DNA of 64,000 nucleotides from Pseudomonadota bacterium (GTDB lineage Bacteria; Myxococcota; JACRCW01; JAFGSX01): NCBI GenBank assembly GCA_043821645.1, contig JBDRCO010000043.1, positions 64,001 to 128,000 of the forward strand, read 5' to 3'. Shown piece by piece: positions 59,297 to 64,000 of this stretch (position 1 is its first letter; each line of letters starts with the position of its first letter). The notes under the pieces were generated by a model. It saw only the letters and a program-made list of their open reading frames with translations, ran no database searches and was not told where the DNA came from. The position numbers and the translations under genes were made by a program.

Positions 59297-60949
59297 CTAT
59301 TCAGGGGGTGTGAACTCCTCGCTGACTCGTTCCTCGTCGAGGCGGCGACGGATCTCCTCGGGTCCAAGCTCGCGCAGCGCACCAACCTGGCCCGCGAAGC
59401 TGGTGTCGAGTGTCAGCGTGGCCAGCTCCTCCTCGATCTGCTGCACCCGCGGTGCATGCTGGGCCACACCCTCGACCTGGGCCACGGTCTCACCCAGGGC
59501 CGCCAGGTAGGCGCGCGCCGTCCGCGCTCGCGCCGCCACCGCGTCGGACAGCTTGCGCAGCTCGGCCTCCACATCCCCACCCTGGGTCAGCTGGTCCGCC
59601 AGGCTGCGCAACCGCCCGGCGATATCGACCAGCAGCTGAGGCAGGGGACCCAGGGCGCCGCTGCGCTTGCGCAGCTGATCCACCGTCGCCTCGCGTTCCA
59701 CGGCGTCGTCGTGCAGGTCCCGGGTGCCTCGCGCGTGGCTGCGAAGGCGCAGGGCGCGTTGCTCGAAGCTCTCGATCAGGTGATTCAGCTCCAGGGCCAG
59801 GGCGGCAGAGCTGTCCTGTCCAGGCACGGCGCGCGCCGACAGATCGCCGGTGGCCGCGCGCTGGCACACCTCACACAGGGCACCGACGGACGCCTGCAAG
59901 CTCTGGTTTGCCTGCTGCTGCTGCGCCTGCTGGGCCGCCGCATCGAAGGCTCGGCCGACCAGCTCGTCGACGGAGGCAAGCTCCAGCGGTAGCGTGACGG
60001 TGGCGTCGAGGCTGTGCCCGGCGGCGCGCTGCGCGGTGCGCGCGAGCAGGAGCCCGAGGCTGCTCCGCAGGCGGCGTCCACTGCCCAGCCACAGCAGCAG
60101 CAGGGCGAGGAGAGGAGCCGTTGTCGTGGCGGCCACCAGCGTGAACCACTGCCGGCGAGCCCGCGCAGCGTCCTCGCGGGCGCGGTCGAGGGCCAGCCCC
60201 CGTGCCTCCACGAGCTCCTGCTGATGCTGGGCGCGCTTCGCCGCTCCGGCCACCGCGTCCTCGACCAGCAAGGGCGCGGTGAACAGCACGGCCACGCGCA
60301 GGCCGTCGGCCCGGGCGGTGGACAGAGCGGCCACGCGCGAGGAAGGGAGGGCTTGCCCCTGCACCAGTGCGCTGACCACCGAGGTCAGAGCCGGCGCATC
60401 CGCAGCCAGCTCCCCGGCGCTGAACACGATGTGGTCCTTGGCGTCGACGACGACGGCCTGCAAGGGCGGGCCCTGTCCGTCGACCACGGCGCGAACACGG
60501 TCCCTGAGCCGGGCCAGGTTGTCGACCTCGCGCGCAGCCTGCTCGTCGCCACCTTCGGCCAGGACCACCAGGGGCGGCGCCGCAAGCTGCCCGGCCAGAG
60601 CACTGGCCAGGGTGCTGGTCATGCGCGCGCCTTCGTCGCCACTGCGGTGCAAGGCGGCCAGCAGGTCGTCGGTCAGCGTCACCACGCTCTGTGGCGCCTC
60701 CGTCGGTGCGAGTTCGCCCGGAGGCGCCAGCCACCACAGCGTTGACACCACGGTGAGAGACACCACCCCGAGCAGCGCCGAGGCCAACCACAGGCCGGCA
60801 CCCAGCGAGGTGCCACGCCGCAGGCGCCGGTCCGCGCGCCAGCCTGCACTGGGCGTGGGCGGCGTGATCATGGGCACGGTAGTGTCCACGTCGACGATGT
60901 CCTCGACAGCGCCCTCAAGGTCGTTCTCGTGCTTGTCCTGGTCGCTCAT
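59297..60949 (-). CDS. Membrane protein with HAMP-like and coiled-coil cytoplasmic region
   Basis: Two TM helices, ATGDLSARA HAMP-like segment, coiled coil. Confidence 0.55.
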   Translation of the reverse strand: MSDQDKHENDLEGAVEDIVDVDTTVPMITPPTPSAGWRADRRLRRGTSLGAGLWLASALLGVVSLTVVSTLWWLAPPGELAPTEAPQSVVTLTDDLLAALHRSGDEGARMTSTLASALAGQLAAPPLVVLAEGGDEQAAREVDNLARLRDRVRAVVDGQGPPLQAVVVDAKDHIVFSAGELAADAPALTSVVSALVQGQALPSSRVAALSTARADGLRVAVLFTAPLLVEDAVAGAAKRAQHQQELVEARGLALDRAREDAARARRQWFTLVAATTTAPLLALLLLWLGSGRRLRSSLGLLLARTAQRAAGHSLDATVTLPLELASVDELVGRAFDAAAQQAQQQQANQSLQASVGALCEVCQRAATGDLSARAVPGQDSSAALALELNHLIESFEQRALRLRSHARGTRDLHDDAVEREATVDQLRKRSGALGPLPQLLVDIAGRLRSLADQLTQGGDVEAELRKLSDAVAARARTARAYLAALGETVAQVEGVAQHAPRVQQIEEELATLTLDTSFAGQVGALRELGPEEIRRRLDEERVSEEFTPPE

Positions 60950-61142
60950 GGCAGGTGCACTGTAGCGTCAAAGGAATCGCCCGTCACGTGGCGCCCGAGC
61001 GGCGCGTGCGGGTGCGGATGGCCTGATCCGGCCAGCGCGCTACACTGCGCCCGCGGCCACACGCTGCGAATCAGGACCTGTGGCCGGGGCGAGACGGCGG
61101 GCTGTGTGGTCCCACCCCGGCGACAACGAGCAGGAGGAAGCC

Positions 61143-62510
61143 ATGCCGCTGGTCGTCGTCAATCCGGCCACCGATCAGGTGGTGCGCGAGCTGGACACCC
61201 TGACACCAACGCAGGTGACAAGGGCCATCGAGCTGGCCGGGCAGGCCTTCGAGCGCTGGCGTCGGACCGACTTCGACCAGCGCGCGAGCGTCCTGCGCAC
61301 CGCCGCCGGGCTGCTCCGGCAGCGCAGCGAGGACCTGGCGCGCCTCATGGCCACCGAGATGGGCAAGGCCGTGCGCGACGGTCGCGCCGAGGTCGAGAAG
61401 TGCGCCTGGGTGTGCGAGTTCTACGCCGACAACGCGCGCGACTTCCTGGCGCGGGAGCCGGTGGACATCGGTGGCGAGACCGCCTTTGTCAGCTACCAGC
61501 CGCTGGGGCCAGTTCTCGCGGTGATGCCCTGGAATTTTCCACTGTGGCAGGTGTTCCGCTTCGCGGCACCGGCGCTCATGGCGGGCAATGTGGGCCTACT
61601 CAAGCACGCCAGCAACGTCCCGGGCTGCGCCCTGGCCATCGAGGACGTGCTGCGCGACGCGGGCCTGCCCGCGCACTGCTTCACCAGCCTGCTCATCGGC
61701 AGTGCCGAGGTCGAGGCCGTGATCGAGCACCCGGCCGTGCGCGCCGTGACCCTGACCGGATCCACCCCGGCAGGCCGGGCAGTGGCTGCCGCCGCGGGCC
61801 GCGCGCTCAAGAAGTCTGTGCTCGAGCTGGGCGGCTCGGACCCCTACCTGATCCTCGAGGATGCCAACATCGACGAGGCCGCCTCGATCTGTGCCGCGAG
61901 TCGGCTGACCAACGCCGGCCAGAGCTGCATCGCGGCCAAGCGCTTCATCGTGGTGGAGGCGGTGCGTCCGGCCTTCGAAAAAGCGCTGGTGGATCGCCTG
62001 GCAGCGGCGGTCATGGGCGATCCTCTCGACGACAAGACCATGTTCGGCCCCCAGGCGCGCCGCGATCTGCGCGACGAGCTACACGGCCAGGTGCTGCGCT
62101 CCATCGAGATGGGCGCGCGCAAGCTTCTGGGCTGCGAGGTGCCACCCGGACCCGGCGCCTTTTACCCGGCCTCGGCCCTGGGCGACGTGCGCAAAGGTAT
62201 GCCCGCCTTCGACGAGGAGCTGTTCGGGCCCGTCGCAGCCATCGTCCCCGCCGCTGACGAGGCCGAGGCCATCGCCCTCGCCAACGACTCGGTGTACGGC
62301 CTGGGCGCGGCGGTGTTCACCCACGACCGGGTGCGCGGTGAACGCATCGCCGAGCGGCAGCTCGACGCGGGATGCTGCTTTGTCAACGGCCTCGTGCGCT
62401 CGGATCCCCGGCTGCCCTTCGGTGGCATCAAGGAGAGCGGCTACGGGCGGGAACTCGGCCGCCACGGCATCCGCGAGTTCGTCAACACCAAGACCGTGGT
62501 GGTGGCCTGA
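61143..62510 (+). CDS. NAD(P)-dependent succinate-semialdehyde dehydrogenase (ALDH family)
   Basis: GGAGG RBS, MPWNFP, LTGS, LELGGSD, NAGQSCIA, EELFGP, PFGG.KESGYGRE. Confidence 0.92.
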   Translation: MPLVVVNPATDQVVRELDTLTPTQVTRAIELAGQAFERWRRTDFDQRASVLRTAAGLLRQRSEDLARLMATEMGKAVRDGRAEVEKCAWVCEFYADNARDFLAREPVDIGGETAFVSYQPLGPVLAVMPWNFPLWQVFRFAAPALMAGNVGLLKHASNVPGCALAIEDVLRDAGLPAHCFTSLLIGSAEVEAVIEHPAVRAVTLTGSTPAGRAVAAAAGRALKKSVLELGGSDPYLILEDANIDEAASICAASRLTNAGQSCIAAKRFIVVEAVRPAFEKALVDRLAAAVMGDPLDDKTMFGPQARRDLRDELHGQVLRSIEMGARKLLGCEVPPGPGAFYPASALGDVRKGMPAFDEELFGPVAAIVPAADEAEAIALANDSVYGLGAAVFTHDRVRGERIAERQLDAGCCFVNGLVRSDPRLPFGGIKESGYGRELGRHGIREFVNTKTVVVA

Positions 62511-62596
62511 ACCGCGGCACCTGCCATCCATGTTTTTTCGACAAGACCGGTCTGTTGTACCGATCCCCGGTCAGACCCTGCTGTGTCGAGGTCTTC

Positions 62597-64000
62597 ATGC
62601 GCCGTCTCCCCGTGCTCGTCCTGATCCTGCTGCCGCTCGCCATGGCGGGCTGCTCCCTGCCCCTGCTGTTCGACGCGCTGTCGGCGCGCATGGACGCGGA
62701 GGACAATCCGGGCCCCCGCGAGATCGTGCGCGAGGAGTTCAACTACCGCTTCGTCAGCCCGGGGCTGCCCTACGTCGAGGTCAAGCCCGAGCACATCAAC
62801 CCCGAGGCCTCGCTGGTGCTGATGCGCACCCAGCCCACGGTGTTCTTCATGGTCATTGCCGAGCGCAGCTCGAACGAGAGCATGGGCAGCGAGGGGCTGA
62901 CCGAGGTCGTGCGCGGCATGCTGAGGAGTCGCTTCCCGGACAGCACCCTTGGCGACGCGAGCGTTCGTACCGTCAACGGCATCGACGGTCAGCAGTTCGA
63001 TGCCCGCCTGAGTATCGACGGGTCCCCCTTTGCCTACACCTACTGGGTGGCAGCGGCAGGAGGGAGCTTCGTGCAGCTCATCGCGTGGGCCCGGGAAGAG
63101 GAGAAGGCCACGCTCGGCCGAGAGGTCGACACCCTGCTCCCCGGCTTCCACTTGCTCGACCCCATGGCCGGAAGCGTGGCCCAGGGTCAAGCTTTTGGTC
63201 GCCATCAGTCCGCGCGCTTCGGCTACAGCGTCGATCTCACAGGGACCCCCTGGATGCTGTGGGATGACCTCGAAACCTCGGCCGCCGAGGCCGACTGCGG
63301 TGCCATACGCTCGCAGGGTGCATTCTTGGTCATTCCCTTCGCCCACGACGACCCAAGGCCCGCGGTCCCGGCCCTGAGCGCGGCTCTGCTATCGTCCATG
63401 GGTATCGAGTTTCCGTCGCCGGACGTGCAGGACGTGGGGCTGCTCAAGGTGCCGAGCGGTGCCTTCCGGCGCCTGCGCCACCAGCGCGAGATCGACGGCA
63501 CGCGTTTTTCCTACACGCTCCAGATCGTCGAGGGTGAGCGTGTGAGCCTGCTGGTGGCGGTGTGGAGCGCGCGGGATCAGGCCCATGCGGATCAGCTCGC
63601 CGACGCTTTGATGCCAGCGCTTCACGTCGAGGAACCTGTCGACGAAGGCACGGCTTTACCCCCCCGACTGATCCACGCCCAGGCCACCCTGCGCAACGGC
63701 CTGGGTCTGTACCTGTTTCGCACCGAGCAGTACGAGCGCGCGGCACGCGCCTTCGAGCAGGCCCTGGACCTCGTCCCCGATGAAGCGACCTACCTGACCA
63801 ATGCCCTGGATGCCTTCAATCGCATGGGCGCTCACGCGCGTGCGGTGGAGCTCATCGCGACACATGCCGCGCCTCATGGCGGCTTGCCCGCTGTGCGCGC
63901 CTGGAAGGCCTGGCACCTCAAGCAGGCCGGCCGCCAGGCCGAGGCCCTCGAGACCTATCGCGAACTGTTCCGCGATGGTCACGGTGACGATGAGGACAGG
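62597..64000 (+). CDS. Lipoprotein with TPR region, 3'-truncated (absent from the ORF track)
   Basis: GAGGT RBS, MRRLPVLVLILLPLAMAGC lipobox. The frame appears to run off the window and ends in TPR-like NGLGLYLF..YERAARAFEQALDLVP. Confidence 0.75.
   Translation, partial: MRRLPVLVLILLPLAMAGCSLPLLFDALSARMDAEDNPGPREIVREEFNYRFVSPGLPYVEVKPEHINPEASLVLMRTQPTVFFMVIAERSSNESMGSEGLTEVVRGMLRSRFPDSTLGDASVRTVNGIDGQQFDARLSIDGSPFAYTYWVAAAGGSFVQLIAWAREEEKATLGREVDTLLPGFHLLDPMAGSVAQGQAFGRHQSARFGYSVDLTGTPWMLWDDLETSAAEADCGAIRSQGAFLVIPFAHDDPRPAVPALSAALLSSMGIEFPSPDVQDVGLLKVPSGAFRRLRHQREIDGTRFSYTLQIVEGERVSLLVAVWSARDQAHADQLADALMPALHVEEPVDEGTALPPRLIHAQATLRNGLGLYLFRTEQYERAARAFEQALDLVPDEATYLTNALDAFNRMGAHARAVELIATHAAPHGGLPAVRAWKAWHLKQAGRQAEALETYRELFRDGHGDDEDR

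Overview
High-GC bacterial DNA with typical Myxococcota hallmarks: a MYXO-CTERM sorting signal, FHA/sigma54 regulators, Hanks kinases with PEGA or cNMP domains, and many lipoproteins. Housekeeping genes include add, plsC, mltD-like, obgE-rpmA-rplU, ribA, NifU-like, lolA and an SSADH. The main finding is a small minus-strand gene at 14996-15337 that the ORF track truncates. It has a strong GGAGGT RBS and two in-frame UGA codons (codon 48, and codon 113 just before a UAA). Each UGA is followed by a hairpin whose loop places G22-G23-U24 exactly as in the E. coli fdhF SECIS. This predicts a Cys-free, Gly-rich, two-helix, harpin-like protein with two selenocysteines. Its upstream GCAAC-N15-CGCGATAT element resembles the sigma28-type promoter (GCAAC-N15-GCCGATAA) in front of a type III secretion rod/needle-like gene in a TPR / FliA-like sigma mini-cluster at 37.2-39.8 kb. 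The window also holds two tandem bacterial annexin-repeat genes, one of them LysM plus a complete four-repeat annexin core, which share an N-terminal motif. The Sec machinery and the T3SS export apparatus are not in this window, so these links are inference. No rRNA, tRNA, CRISPR array or mobile element was recognised.
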